From: Octopus bimaculoides
Lineage: Eukaryota
Direction of reading: 5' to 3'
NCBI RefSeq assembly: GCF_001194135.2
Contig: NC_069004.1
Span: 1,143,761-1,207,760 of the forward strand
DNA: 64,000 nt
Shown: in pieces, positions 1 through 12,625 of the stretch
How positions within the stretch are numbered: the stretch's first letter is position 1
Layout: each line of letters begins with the position of its first letter
The notes under the pieces: model-generated
Seen by the model: only the letters and a program-made list of their open reading frames with translations
The model's database searches: none
Told to the model about the DNA's origin: nothing
Program-made: the position numbers and the translations under genes

Positions 1-394
1 TAATAAAATACACAATATACATATATATATAATTTTGCAGTGTTAACCAGTTGTTAGGACTTGATGTACTAGAGTAAAGAGTCTAGTGGGTATAGTGCAC
101 TAATTTACAAGCAAGAACATCAAATTCCAGTGATCCCTACACAAGTTTACTGAGCAACCATTTTCCACAGCATCTTGTACAATATCAATAAGCTCGTACC
201 ATTTATACTAAGGCACACATATCTGGGTTTCATTTAATTATTTAATTAACTTCAATATTTAATTCAAAGGTGATCATCTCTGGCTTGAAAAAAAAATCAG
301 TTATCTAAAATGGTTTTGGTACCAAAGGTTCCAGAAAACCAAAGTTATACAGAATGTATATCACTGCATCGATCAGACTATTAGATGTTATATA

Positions 395-945
395 CCACTG
401 GTCACAATGCACTTCCAATTCTTTCTCGACTGCACCACTCTTAACCATTTTGGCCTAAATCCTTTGATTTAGTTATCCTCCCATCACTATGGAGGATTCT
501 GAATGGCCTTTTCTCATCTCCTGGATATTACTTGCCAACTACAAGGATCCACCTGTCATCCGTGAACATTGCAACATGCCCAATCCACTGGATTTTGCCC
601 TTTTGGTATTCTGCGATCATTTCACTCATTCTGCTTCATTCTCAAATTATTTCATTTCGCTATCCTCTCACAACGATATTCCCAGCATGGATCTGTCCAC
701 GGCTCTTTGCGTGGTCACCAATCAATGTTCTTCCCTCTATAACCCATGTCTCACTCGTGGAAGGTTCTAGCACGTATGGGTCTTATCCAGCATTGCTTTG
801 AGCATGTTCTCTATTGAGATAAATACCTTCCATCTTGCTTATATTCTCTTTGAGAGTTCAACAGTCATGTATGCTTCAGTGCATGTTCCCTGTGTACCCC
901 AAGTAGACGTATCCCTTTACCTGCCTGACTTCATTGCTTCCCACC
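395..945 (-). mobile_element. RTE-clade LINE, 3' ORF fragment (degenerate)
   Basis: Minus-strand translation gives GYVYLG ... SETW ... VDRSMLGISL ... KIQWIGHVAMFTDDRWILVVGK*YPGDEKRP, matching the RTE C-terminal pattern W.GHV.R..D.RW...W.P...KR; interrupted by stops and frameshifts. Confidence 0.8.
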
Positions 946-1317
946 TCTATTCAGCCTTCAGTGCATAGGGTTATGTAGTGAGTCACAAAACATCAATATT
1001 TCACCATTTAAGCGAGGTCCCAGCCGTACGGTGGCCCTGTACAAACGGTCTCCCTCTCTATCATATCACGTACAGCCTGCAGTGTGTATAAAGTTGATAT
1101 TTAATGGCCAAAGTTGAAGCTGTTGATATTTTCATCATTGATTTACTGACAACATTCCCTCATCAGCTTAAATAAATTACTTGACCTTTAACGAACTCGG
1201 AAGATAAAAACTTCAGTGTCAACATCTCTTGAATTTTCATGCAAACAACATTAGATAAGCACGCACATAATTAAATTAAATAATTTGCATAAAGAGACAA
1301 ACAGTAATTTAGTATTT

Positions 1318-1697
1318 TTATTCTTTTGCTTGTTTCAGTCATCAGACTCAGGCCATGCTGGAGCAGCACCTTGAAGGGTTCCAGTTCAACAAATTAACCC
1401 CAGTATTTATTTCTGTTTTTAAAGTCTGGTACTTAGTTTATCATTCTCTTTTGCTGAACTGTTATGTTACAGGGGAATAAACAAACCAACACTGGTGGTC
1501 GAATGGTGGTGGGAGACAAAGACAACATAAACATAATAACACACACACACACATACATGACAGGCTTCTTCACAATATCCATCTACCAAATTCAATCAAA
1601 GAGCTATAGTAGCAGACATTTGCTCTAAGTGCTGCATAGTAGGATTGAACCTGAAACCAAGTGGTTGCCAAGCGAGCTTCTTAACCACACAACCGGA
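1318..1697 (-). mobile_element. tRNA-derived SINE family A (CORE-like; octopus OR-type)
   Basis: Reverse complement of the consensus seen many times in the window: head TGGCTGTGTGG (A box), GGTTCAGTCCC (B box), TTGGGCAAGTGTCTT core, tail CCAGCATGGCC...TGACTGAAACAAG. Confidence 0.8.
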
Positions 1698-2141
1698 TAT
1701 AATCATATTATATAATTTGCATAATGAAGCAGAGACGCACAGAATAATTTGGTTGCAAGAAAATTACTCATTAAGAAATAGCTAAATAAATAACGAACTT
1801 TAAATAATTGCGATTCCAAAGACAGACATTGAATAACAGTCGATAATAAAGGTTCATTGCAATGTAAGATGATGAGGAGATAGGCCAGCGAAATAACTTA
1901 CAGCCTCGAGTAATTATCAGACGAGCAGGCAGGCGGAACGAATGTATTACAAGATGTTATATTTATTTATTTAAAAAAAAAAAAAATAACAAGAAAAAAA
2001 AAAGAAACTCAACTATCAAATATAAAGTTACAGCGATTTGGTTTAAAAAGTATATATCAGCACTTAATGATAGAGCTAGTGGTGGTGGTCGTGGTGAGGG
2101 TGGGGAATGAAGATTAAAAGACAATATATATGTATACACAT

Positions 2142-2173
<32 letters not shown>

Positions 2174-2574
2174 CTTCTAAGCGTTTTGTGGTGTATTTCG
2201 TAAAAGAAACTCGAGCTGGAGACTATCAGTTGGAGAGGTGATTATTCATTCAAAGAAGGCTTCCAGAGGAATATAATTCTACTTAAGGCTTGGCAATACA
2301 TAAATGAATTAAATATGCAACCATTGGTAGTGGCAGTGAGATTATATTCCCCCTGGCAAACGACCACCAAGACGCCAGTTCTGAAGAATCTCTCTGAGGA
2401 AGGAGTAAGAAATCAAAGCCCAAACGGCATCAGTCTTTTTATTCCAAAAAACCATTTTGGAGTTTTTGGTGGACTCCAAACCTTGAACTTGGATTTTCTA
2501 AGGAATTTGTGTCTCCTTTGATAGATAACAATACAAAAAAAAAAAAAAGAATCCTGTAGCTATGCGACAGGCAG

Positions 2575-2715
2575 ATTCAGCTGTGTGGTTGAAAAACCCA
2601 ATTCCTAACAATGTAGTCTTGGGTTCGGTCCCACTGCACAGTGTCTCCTACTGTAGCCCTGGGCCAACTAAAGCCTTCTGAGTGAATTTGGTAAAAGGAA
2701 ACTGAAAGAAGCCTG

Positions 2716-2754
<39 letters not shown>

Positions 2755-2885
2755 ACCACTGCTTGACAACCAGTGTTGGTTTGTTTACATCCCAATAATC
2801 TAGCAGTTCTGAAAAAGATAAAAAAAAAGAATATCTACCAGGCTTAAAAAATAAATACTAGGCTTGATTTGTTCAGCCCTTCAAT
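2575..2885 (+). mobile_element. SINE family A copy
   Basis: ggttcggtcccactgca ... gaatttggtaaaaggaaactgaaagaagcc, internal (TG)n, cttgacaaccagtgttgg. Confidence 0.75.
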
Positions 2886-3254
2886 TACACTGCAAACAAA
2901 AACCTATAAAAACAAATCAGATGAATGAAAGAAAAACACCAATTTCTCTTCTGTGATAATATTGTGTTTGGCACTAAACACGTTTTCCTATGATCTTAGA
3001 GTTTTCAAGTCAATAAGGTCGTGTTTGTTTAAGTTCTCCAAGAACCGCCATACAGCCATGTGGCTCATGGATCAGCTTACATTTCTAAAAATAGATTTTT
3101 GGCTCCAAAGTTTAAAACCACAGCATTTGGTTTACCGTTTCAAAAGAATGCAGCGAAATATCAACTGACACAATTCCAATGTCAGTAGAATTCGAATTAG
3201 ATAATGTAATTTAGTCAGAGATATACGGAAAGGAAGAGAGAAATAATGATAATA

Positions 3255-3474
3255 ATAATAACCCTTTCTACTGTAGGCACAAGGCCTGAAATTTTGGGGG
3301 AGGGGGCCAGTTGATCACATCGACCCTAGTGCGTAACTGGTACTTAATTTATTGACCCTGAAAGGATGAAAGGAAAAGTTGACCTCAGTGGAATTTGAAC
3401 TCAGAATGTAGCAACAGACGAAATACCACCGAGCATTTCAACTGACGTGCTAATGGTTCTGCCAGCTCACCACC

Positions 3475-3480
<6 letters not shown>
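3255..3480 (-). mobile_element. tRNA-derived SINE family B (Meta-domain-like)
   Basis: Reverse complement of ctgagttcaaattcc...cctttcatcctttc.gggtc.ataaattaagtaccagt; flanked by (AAT)n on both sides. Confidence 0.75.
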
Positions 3481-3520
<40 letters not shown>

Positions 3521-3683
3521 TAATAATGATAATAATAGAAAGAGACAAAGAAAAAGAACAACAGCAAAACATTGATTGAAATAGTAGTGTTAAGTAATAT
3601 CACATAGTGACTTCAACTTCATATCCAGTTTATATTTTTAAGTGAGAGATTCAAACAAAAATTAATATAAAATAGTCACTTAC

Positions 3684-3805
3684 TGTTTTGGATCAGCTCA
3701 GGTAAGCAGGAGTCACCAGAAGATATAAACATTCAAATCAAACCATTTGTACACTCAAGAAGATAATAACACTTACCTGTAACGAGAAAAAGAAAAAAAA
3801 AACAA
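3684..3805 (-). other. Candidate recursive splice site (YnACAG|GTAAGT at 3777/3776) with a 93-nt cryptic RS-exon
   Basis: Minus strand reads ttttgtttttttttctttttctcgttacag|gtaagt; second GTAAGT donor at 3683-3678; the 93-nt interval has stops in all three phases. Confidence 0.5.
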
Positions 3806-4075
3806 AATCAATTTAAGAAATCTCACAGAACAACAGACACAGTTTGGCATGAAGGAATGTGTCTCAGATTCCCTTTATAAAAGGTACATTACAACCAAAA
3901 TGCACCGAGAGTAGAAAATTGATAGGAAACTGGAGAAAGTGAATTATGAGTAGTGATGTATTGATGAAGGTGTGAATATAACAGAAAATAGAGAAAACAT
4001 TAGGGGGGGGGGGGGTGAGGTGGATATGCAACGAGAAGAAAGAAAGAAAAAAAGAGCCATTGTTTAATCTTTTTT

Positions 4076-4089
4076 GTTACCATAGGAAC
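4076..4089. promoter_or_regulatory. RFX X-box match GTTACCATAGGAAC
   Basis: Fits GTTNCYATRGNAAC; its 3' half overlaps the head of a SINE, so it may be incidental. Confidence 0.3.
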
Positions 4090-4452
4090 AGGCATGAATG
4101 TGTGTTAAGAAGTTTGCTTCTCAATCACATGGTTCTGGGTTCAGTCCCACTGCATGGCACTTTGGGCAAGTGTCTTCTACTCGAGCCTTGGACTGACCAA
4201 AACCTGGATTTGGCAGAAGGAAACTGAAAGATGACCATCGTCTATGTGTGTGTGTGTCCCACCACTGCTTGATAACCAGTGTCGGTGTGTTTATGTCCCT
4301 GTAACCTAGTGGTTCAACAAAACAGGCAGATAGAATATGTATCACCAGCCTTAACAAAAAATAAATACTGGGGGGTCAATTCATTCAGCTAAAATTTCTT
4401 CAAGGCAGTGCCCCAGCATGGCCGTAGTCTAATGACTGAAACAAGTAAAAGT
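4086..4452 (+). mobile_element. SINE family A, near full length
   Basis: catggttctgggttcagtcccactgcatggcactttgggcaagtgtcttctac ... ccccagcatggccgtagtctaatgactgaaacaagtaaaag. Confidence 0.85.
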
Positions 4453-4539
4453 TATTTCTGTTGAAGAACTGTGTTTGCATGGGTTGGATGGAATTTGTCG
4501 GGGAACATCTGCTATGGTCAGGTGATGCATATATGACAT

Positions 4540-4708
4540 ATATGACAGGCTTCTTTCAGTTTCCGTCAACCAAATCCACTCACAAGGCTCCAGGTGACCC
4601 AAGGCTATAGTAGAACAAAACTTGCCCAAGGTGCCACATAGTGGGACTGAACCCGGAATCATGTGGTTGGAAAGAAAACTTTTTACCACACTGCCACGAC
4701 TGTGCCTT
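4540..4708 (-). mobile_element. SINE family A, 5' half, inverted relative to 4086-4452
   Basis: caggcttctttcagtttccgtcaaccaaatccactcacaaggc...gtgggactgaacccggaatcatgtggttgg. Confidence 0.8.
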
Positions 4709-5568
4709 GTTAATATAATTTTAGTTTTCTGAACTATTTATCTCACCTTTGTAGTATATATTTACAGGAAGAACACATTGAAAGGGGCAACTCTGCAACA
4801 CAGACTGGCAGCCCTTTCAGTGAGAATGTCATGAGTTTGATCACTTATACACCACAGGGACCAGATAACTCGCCTGATGAGTTGCAGACCTCAAGACAGA
4901 ACAAAGTTAAATAAGTTAAGAATATGCTTCACTGAAGAGGTCTAATAATGTTGAAACATGTCCATTACTTTCACCTGTCGGCTTTAAAGACCCCATTTCT
5001 AATCTGTATTTTCTTTATTGTCCAAATATTTCAACCAATAATCTTATTGGCGTCACCTCCCTTGCTTGTTTTGTTTTGTGGACTCCCTTGATAGAGACAA
5101 GCCTTAAAGGGATTGTGTATACTAGTTGCTTGGGTAACTTAGGTTAATCAAACCTTTCAACATGCAATATTACGTATGTGAGACCCTACCATGTTTGCAT
5201 TTAACATGCAGAATGCTCGCCTCAGTTATTTCTTTCCCCATCAGCCATATTATTTTAAGCAAACGACCTAGCTGTAATAACATCAAGACGAAGAACCAAC
5301 ATGGCTGATGCTGCACAGTGGGTTCATTTTATGACTAATACCTCATTCACGAGTTTTAACTCTCCCAAAAATCTTATCTAACTCACGCCTTTCTTCCCTC
5401 CTTCCAAATCTCCTCCAGTCTAACCTCTGGCACTGTTACACCCATATACTGCAAGCAGTCAACATATTTTCTTTATACACACATCACATCGCATCACACA
5501 TTCCTCATATGCACTCCTAAAGCAATAAGAAACTATGAAGTCTCTAATATATATGTGTATATATATGC

Positions 5569-5609
<41 letters not shown>

Positions 5610-6643
5610 TATATACACACACACACCTCATATTACTAATAATACCTCTAATGCACAGCTGCTGTCATCAGTCAACTAACAGCCATCTTGTCTTAGATAA
5701 AAGAGTGTTATATCACGCTCTCTCTCTGATTATCAAAACAAGAAAAAAATTACTGAGATAGTTATTTAATGAGTAAATTAACAAATGTAAAACATTTTAC
5801 CGTAATTACAAAAACAATAAAAACAAATGAGTTAATCACCATTTGTTTAGATGAATAATATGTGGTTCCATAGCGAAGGCCAAAACAATATTTTTATAAG
5901 AACTCGTGAAAGGAAAATTGCAATTGTCTTTATTTTCTTATGGATTTCTACTCAGTCCAGATATTATCAAAGGCAAGATCTTCTGTTGTTTCTGCTTCGT
6001 ATCAAATGATAACTTATTTTCCAAAACTCTTCTGCCATATTTTTATATCATTTGCCAATATAAGGAAAGGAAATGTCAAGTCTTTTCTTGAAAATACTTG
6101 TTTAAAGTGGAAGATTTAGAGATTTATTATCATTGAAATTGTTTCTCCATTCTTCTAGAGGAATCTTGGAACATTTCATCTGGCAACTGAAAGAGTTTAA
6201 TCTGAATCATTTAAGAGGGAAGAGACTGTATAGCTATTGTTGTTTAGACCCCGGTCAGCACTGAGCAGGACTATGGTCAAAGACTTTCCAGCGCTGACCA
6301 TTCTACCTAAGATAATATTATTCAGTATGTCTCTTATCATCATCACCATTATTTTAATGTCCACTTTTCAATGTTTTGGATGGAATTTAATGAAGATTTT
6401 CTAGGGTCAGATGCTCTTCTTGTCACCATCCCTCACCTGTTTCCATATAAGGTAATATTTACCCACAGCTGGGTATGATGCCAAGGAAGTTTGCAAACGA
6501 AGGACACCTCATGTAGGACAGGGGTACTCATTTACAATACTCTCACCACCCATATTTCTAATGAAATGCACTGAATTCATTAAAAAAAAAAAATCAATCA
6601 ACAATCTGGAGTGATTTAGTAAAATAACTAACTTTATAATTAA

Positions 6644-6834
6644 CCCTTTTGTCATTCAATGCTTATTTAATCAGATTGTTTTCAATTAGTCATGCATTAC
6701 TCATAGCTTCAAGATTTTCAAGATGTGATTAATTATTTTTAGAATGGCATTGTAGGGTAGGTATGAGAGACAAGATCTGGCCAGTTTGAACATAAAACAG
6801 GTAAAATTTTGGGGCCAGTTTGAATGCTGAAGGG
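6644..6834. mobile_element. piggyBac-like MITE fragment
   Basis: Begins TTAA|CCC; related copies in the opposite orientation at ~42175-42290 and ~60670-60800. Confidence 0.4.
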
Positions 6835-7529
6835 TACTGGCATTTAAGGTGGTAGATTAGCAGACTTGTAGATTAGCATTGGATAACATGGCAAGGAACT
6901 GGGCAAGGAATCCCCTTCAAGCAACCTCGAGGAGATAATCCATGATTCAGGATAATCCGAGTGTTAAGGGCTTCACTATGAATGCTCCAAAGTAGACAGT
7001 TTTGCTTCACAGAGCTGGGGTTGGTTTCAGTTAGGTTGATACCAAAAGGGTTACATATTAACAAAACTACAAGAAGCCAGACATCTTTATCAATCCAGTC
7101 TGATGCATGACAGTCCTACGTTCTTCAACTCTGCTTGCTATCAGGTCTCTTTTCTCCTTACAACAACAACAAAAATAATCTGTGTCATTACAGTTAATTT
7201 CATTTGAAACATGTTTGTGTTGATAGATATCAAGATAACGAATAGATGTGGTTAAGGATAGAAGGAAAAGCTCACGCCTGCTTTTATAGATGGGTGGTAG
7301 ATGGGTGTGTGTGGGTGTGTGTGTAAAAGCTCAGGCATAGGTGTGTGGTTCAAAGCCTGTTTTGTAATTACATGGTTCCAGTTTCAGTTCCATTGCACAG
7401 CGCCATGGACAAGTGTCTTCTATGACAGCCTCAAGGTTGACCAAAGATTTTTGAGTGAATTTGGTAAGACAGAAACTGATCACACACACATGCACACACA
7501 ATATTGTGTATACAGCCTTTTGCTGTTGT

Positions 7530-7730
7530 TTAGCCTCAATCAAGTCTGACTGAAGTAGACTTATGATCAAAATCATTCCAACCATGACCATTCCAAATAT
7601 TTTCTCGGGTGTGTGGAACCACTTTATCCCGTGTGTTCTTCCTCTTTTTATAACTTGTGATTTGAAGGAGATTTGGCTGCTATTTATGGCAGATCAACTG
7701 ACCACATAGCTGTTCCTCTCACACTGGCTC
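7530..7730. mobile_element. Dispersed repeat family D (gatttggctgctatttctagcag...gaccacatag)
   Basis: Same motif recurs at ~8880-8970, 22400-22580, 23620-23700, 36330-36460, 43100-43420, 44180-44430, 52000-52200, 57130-57320, 59190-59260. Confidence 0.6.
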
Positions 7731-8460
7731 ATGATAATAATTAAAACCTATCTGATGGTGGTCTTTTGGTGTTAGTGATTCTGAAACTGTTACACTTTCT
7801 CCAAGAACTGAACAGAAACGGTAACTCAAGAATAAAAGGAAATTATAGAGCAAATCTAAAAACCATGTTTGCAGCTGTTGATGAAAACGTGATAAACAGA
7901 TAAATGGTTCTATTTACACAAAGACGAAGAACTAAAATAGCAGTTTAATGTGAGATGCAATCTTGAGTTAGGCAAAAGAAAAAAAAAAAAGAAATAAAGA
8001 AAAAAAAAATGAGGAAGTGTGTTTTCTCAAGGGAGCATAAGATAGGAAATGGTAAGGAATAATAATAAGATTTCGATGATGTAGTAGTAGTAGTAGGTCT
8101 GCTGTGTTTGTACATAGTAAAGTAACATATAAAAGACTATAGTTGGTAGATCAAGTGGAGATTACCAAAAGAGCAAAATAAATATTTGCTGTTCAGAATT
8201 AAATGGGGGAATTCACTTTGGTGACAGATGTCATCACTAAATACATCTTCCTGTCAAAGTTATTGGAAGCATGCAAATATTTTAGTTGTAAGAAAACCTT
8301 ACGATATGATACGGACCATTTGAGGTTTCGATAACAATTACTTAAAATGCATGTGGTCTATCCCTTGTTTGGATACTTTACTACTTCCGAGGTCCAGCTA
8401 GCTAGGAAACATATTTAGCCTGGATTTTACCTACTCCATTCCCTAATTTTTGGATACACA

Positions 8461-9266
8461 CACACACACACTTTTATTCCATCAACCATTGATGTATTCA
8501 CAATTCTTGTTTCCAAGCAGCTATGGAGATTAATTTTTTTTAATATCAAAGAGCAAAATATTTTAAATATTTTCTCCGAAGCAAGAAAACTGGATTCTTA
8601 AGTTGGTCATTCTTTCGTTCCCAGGTCTGTGTTTCACACAGACCTGGGAACAAAAGAACGACCCAGGTTCAAATCCTGCTGGAGACAGGATTTTGGAAAG
8701 CAGGAGGAGGACAGCTAGAAGTTACGACCTGGGTGGGTCTGGCTCCCATAGAGTGTTAGGTACAAGGGCCAAAACACTTGTCGGATGGGAGTTCTTCCTC
8801 TGAAGATCTCTCCTGTTCTGTGCTCGCCTTGTGGCAAGTTTCTGTTATACACACACACACATCTAAGTTTTATTTTCAAGAAATCTGGGTGTAATTTGAG
8901 GGAGATCTGGCAGCTATTTCTAACAGGTCACATGACCATGCAGAGCCATCCTCATTGGCTCAAGTGTAATTGGTTGCATATTGTAATCACTCCTCCCCCC
9001 TATCTTGTCAGATACCTTAATAGAAATGTTATTAGAGCTCTGCTAAAGTCAACTCCACATCAGTTTGAAAGGTCAGACTTCCTGCTGTTTTCCTTGTGTG
9101 TTATCCATTGGTTCTAGGTCAGCTTCTATCACTATACCGACTTCCTCAACACACACACATTTATTCCAATAACCATTGACATATTCACAATTCTTGTTTC
9201 CAAGCAGCTATGGAGATTTACTTCTGTTTTTTTTAATACCAAACAGAAAACTGGATTCTTAAGCTG
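8461..9266. repeat. Direct repeat pair (8461-8605 / 9149-9266) flanking a block that opens with a 16-bp perfect hairpin
   Basis: Both copies share tattcacaattcttgtttccaagcagctatggagatt and agaaaactggattcttaag; hairpin gttcccaggtctgtgt-ttc-acacagacctgggaac at 8617-8651. Confidence 0.8.
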
Positions 9267-9569
9267 GGAAATCAATAGAATGTGTGATGTGTACGTATTA
9301 AAAGTGGGATGATGGTAGGGTGTGAAATATATACTGAAATGAGAGACGATAACAAAGGTTACAGGAAATTTACCAAGAAATTCCTTAAAGTTAAATTCAA
9401 TATATAAATGCTCTTAAATAACAAAAAAGGTCCACAGTTAACAGGCAAATCACTTTAAGGTTTACCCATCCCATGCAAGCATGGAGGGAGAAAGATGACA
9501 AGAAAATACTAATATATATATATATGCCCTGGCATGGGTGCAGTCTAATGACTGAAACAAGATAAAAAT

Positions 9570-9601
<32 letters not shown>

Positions 9602-10599
9602 TATATATAAAATACACACACATACACACACATATATATAAAATACACACACATACACACACACACACATATATATAAAATACACACACACACACACACA
9701 AGTTGGTTTTGAAATGAAAGAGGAGAATCATGTTTAGTTTAGTGCTGCAGCGTTTGTTCAAGTTTCAGTTTCACATGGACCATAGAGTGTGAAACTAGAG
9801 TTGCAGCCAAATGTTTAGGTAACTAATCAAATAATTATCACACTTCAATGTCTGCTTTGCATGGGTTGCATAGGTTACCCTGGTTCAATACAGATTGAAT
9901 TGAACCATAATGACCCATGCCAGCAAGGAAAGCACACATGAAACCCTCAAAAACCATGCCAAACCAAACACAGAAATCTGGTGCAGTCTTCTGTCTGGCT
10001 GGCTCCTGTCAAACTGTCCAACCCATGCCAGCATGGAATGATGATGATCATAAGTACTGCGGTTGATCTGTTTGGCTAAACCCTTCAAAGAGGTGCTCCA
10101 GCATGGCTGCAATTCTATGACAGAAGCAAGTAAAAAACAAACAAAGAATAAAATGGGGGACAAATTGTTTGTTTGAAATATTTCACAGGGGAAAATAAAA
10201 ATACAAGATTTCATCATTTTTCTGTATTTTCCAGAATACAAGTCAAATTCTTCAGGCTAAACTTTACTGCCAAAAAGCGTAGGTTGTTTTGAGGACCAAC
10301 AATTCCATGTGAAACGCAATAGGATTTGGAACGATAGTGAGGAAGTTTGAATGTTTACACTATACACTGCGTTAATTTGTATCCCAGAAAATATAGTGTT
10401 TCCTGCTATCGGCATTGTCACGTTACTGAAGGTTTTTCAATTTTGTTGTGTGACATTCCTGAAATACCATTTGTTATTTTTCCTACAAATATTCTTCAGT
10501 TGTTTGTAATACTGTAAGGGGTTAAAAAGAAAAAAAACAAGAAAACGAAGTTTATCTTGAAACTGAAATATAGAAAGACATCGTAAGCAAGATGTGTTT

Positions 10600-11060
10600 T
10601 GTGCCTCTGCTGTGTAAGTGCACCTGTACTAGTGGCATGTAAAAAGCAGCCAGTACACTCTGTAAAGTGGTTGGCATTAGGATGGGCATCCAGCTGTAAA
10701 AACCATGGAGTATTGACAGCTCCTTAGTTGGCCAGCTCCATGTCAAACTGACAAACCTATGCTGGCATGGGTTGGACGGGTTGACTGAGGTCTTGGAGAG
10801 CCAGTGGCTGCACCAGGCTCCAATCTGATCTGGCGATGTTTCTACAGTTGGATGCCCTTCCTAATGCCAACCACTCCAAGAGTGTAGTGGGTGCTTTTTA
10901 TGTGCCACCGGCACAGGAGCCAGTCACATGGGCCTGGCATCGTTCACGTTCGGATAGTGCTTTTTATGTGCCACTGGCATGGGAGCCAGTCAGGGGTCAC
11001 TGGGATGGGAGCCAGTCAGATGACACTGGCATCGACCACGTCCAGATGATGCATTTTACG
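10600..11060. mobile_element. Two family C SINEs fused tail-to-tail
   Basis: Plus arm ...gtggttggcattaggatgggcatccagctgtaaaaac; minus arm gtttctacagttggatgcccttcctaatgccaaccac; junction at the self-complementary (c)catgctggcatgg motif ~10757-10770. Confidence 0.75.
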
Positions 11061-12037
11061 TGCCTACCCTCTTCTACTTAAACTCATGCCATGGGGTCAC
11101 CTGGACACCACATCTCCTATCTCTTTGCAGCACCTGTTGATGATTTTCACTTGCCCTCTCTCATACTCTAACCCCTCATTCCATAGCATACAATCAACCC
11201 AAACCTTCCCTGGGGTTTTTGTAGTTCCACAAGCTGCATGGTGATCTCAATAGTGCTGATGGCATCTAAAGAATCATCCAGTCCATGCTGTCAAGTGATT
11301 GGCATTAGGGTGGGTACCCAGCCATAGAAACAATGCCAAAGCAGACACTGGAGCACAATGCAGTCCTTGGACCCAACCGATTCTGTCAAAGCATGGAACA
11401 TGGGCATAAAATGATGATGATGATGATGACAGATTTGGTCCTAAAAATTTTGTAGCGAACTCCCGATGGTCCCTTCTCTAATTGCTATTTCATTTTGATT
11501 GAGAGTGCCAGAATTATATGAAGTATTTTCTTCATATATATAGCATGATGGGTGAAACTGGTTCTGAAACTCAGCAGTTAAGGATGAAGCATCTTATCTG
11601 CTCAGAAAGCAGGAGAAAAATATGTGAGAAAAAAATATGAAGCAGAGAGAGAGAAAAATTAAGAAAATTCAAGAAAAAAGCAAAACAAAGCAAAACAAAA
11701 TCAAAAACAAACCTGCCATTAGTTAAACAAGATATTGCATAAGCATAAAACTTCATCCTATATTTCAGGAGTTAAGTACAAAAACTAAGAATTAAAATTT
11801 TAGCACAAACTTTTATGCTTTATGTAATATGATATGGGATCTTCTTTTTTCTTCTTTTTTGTTTTGGAAACCTGTGGTCTGCAGCTTGACATAAATTCCC
11901 TTCTATTTAATATACTGCATACATGAAAGGATTTCAAACTTAAGATTCCTGATATTTGATACAATATATTATAAGCTTCCTATGCAAAATTGCTATTTTT
12001 AAGACGTTCTTCCATATTGCAATGTGATGCTACTCAC

Positions 12038-12119
12038 AGCGCCGAGGAAGAGAAAAATACGGAGAATAACAACAACTACAACTTCCTGAATATGTTTAAC
12101 ATTTCCTAATCACAGACAA
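12038..12119 (-). other. Exon-like segment, 82 nt, with stops in all frames from this acceptor
   Basis: Acceptor cttgttctgttgcag, donor GCT|GTGAGT. Confidence 0.3.
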
Positions 12120-12609
12120 CTGCAACAGAACAAGATCCACCATTAAAAAAAAGTAAAAAAAGAAAAAAAGAAAAGAAGAAAAGAAAAAGGGGGGCAACTG
12201 TACTGTTCTGTAGCATACTGTTTCAAAGCATTAAAAGTGTTTAAGACTTTTACTTAATAATTTTGGCAGAATGGAACCCTTCACAGAATGAAGTGTGAGA
12301 AATTTAATGATATTGAACAAGGGATTTGGGGATTTGATAATTAAAATAACACAAGAACTGGTTGAGAACAGGGATAAGAAAAATGTACACATTTGGTATT
12401 TATAAAACAACTGAAAACCATAATACCTATTAGGTCTGTTTGTTTATATACACATGTACGAAAACATCCATATAAATCATATATATATACATATATAAAC
12501 TCGAGAAACAGGCAGGGTAGGGTGGCCAAGCCTTGCGAGTGGATCTGGTAGAGGGAGACTGAAGGGAGTCCACCGTATATATATATATATATACGTATAC
12601 ATACATCTA

Positions 12610-12625
12610 TATGTATGTATATATG

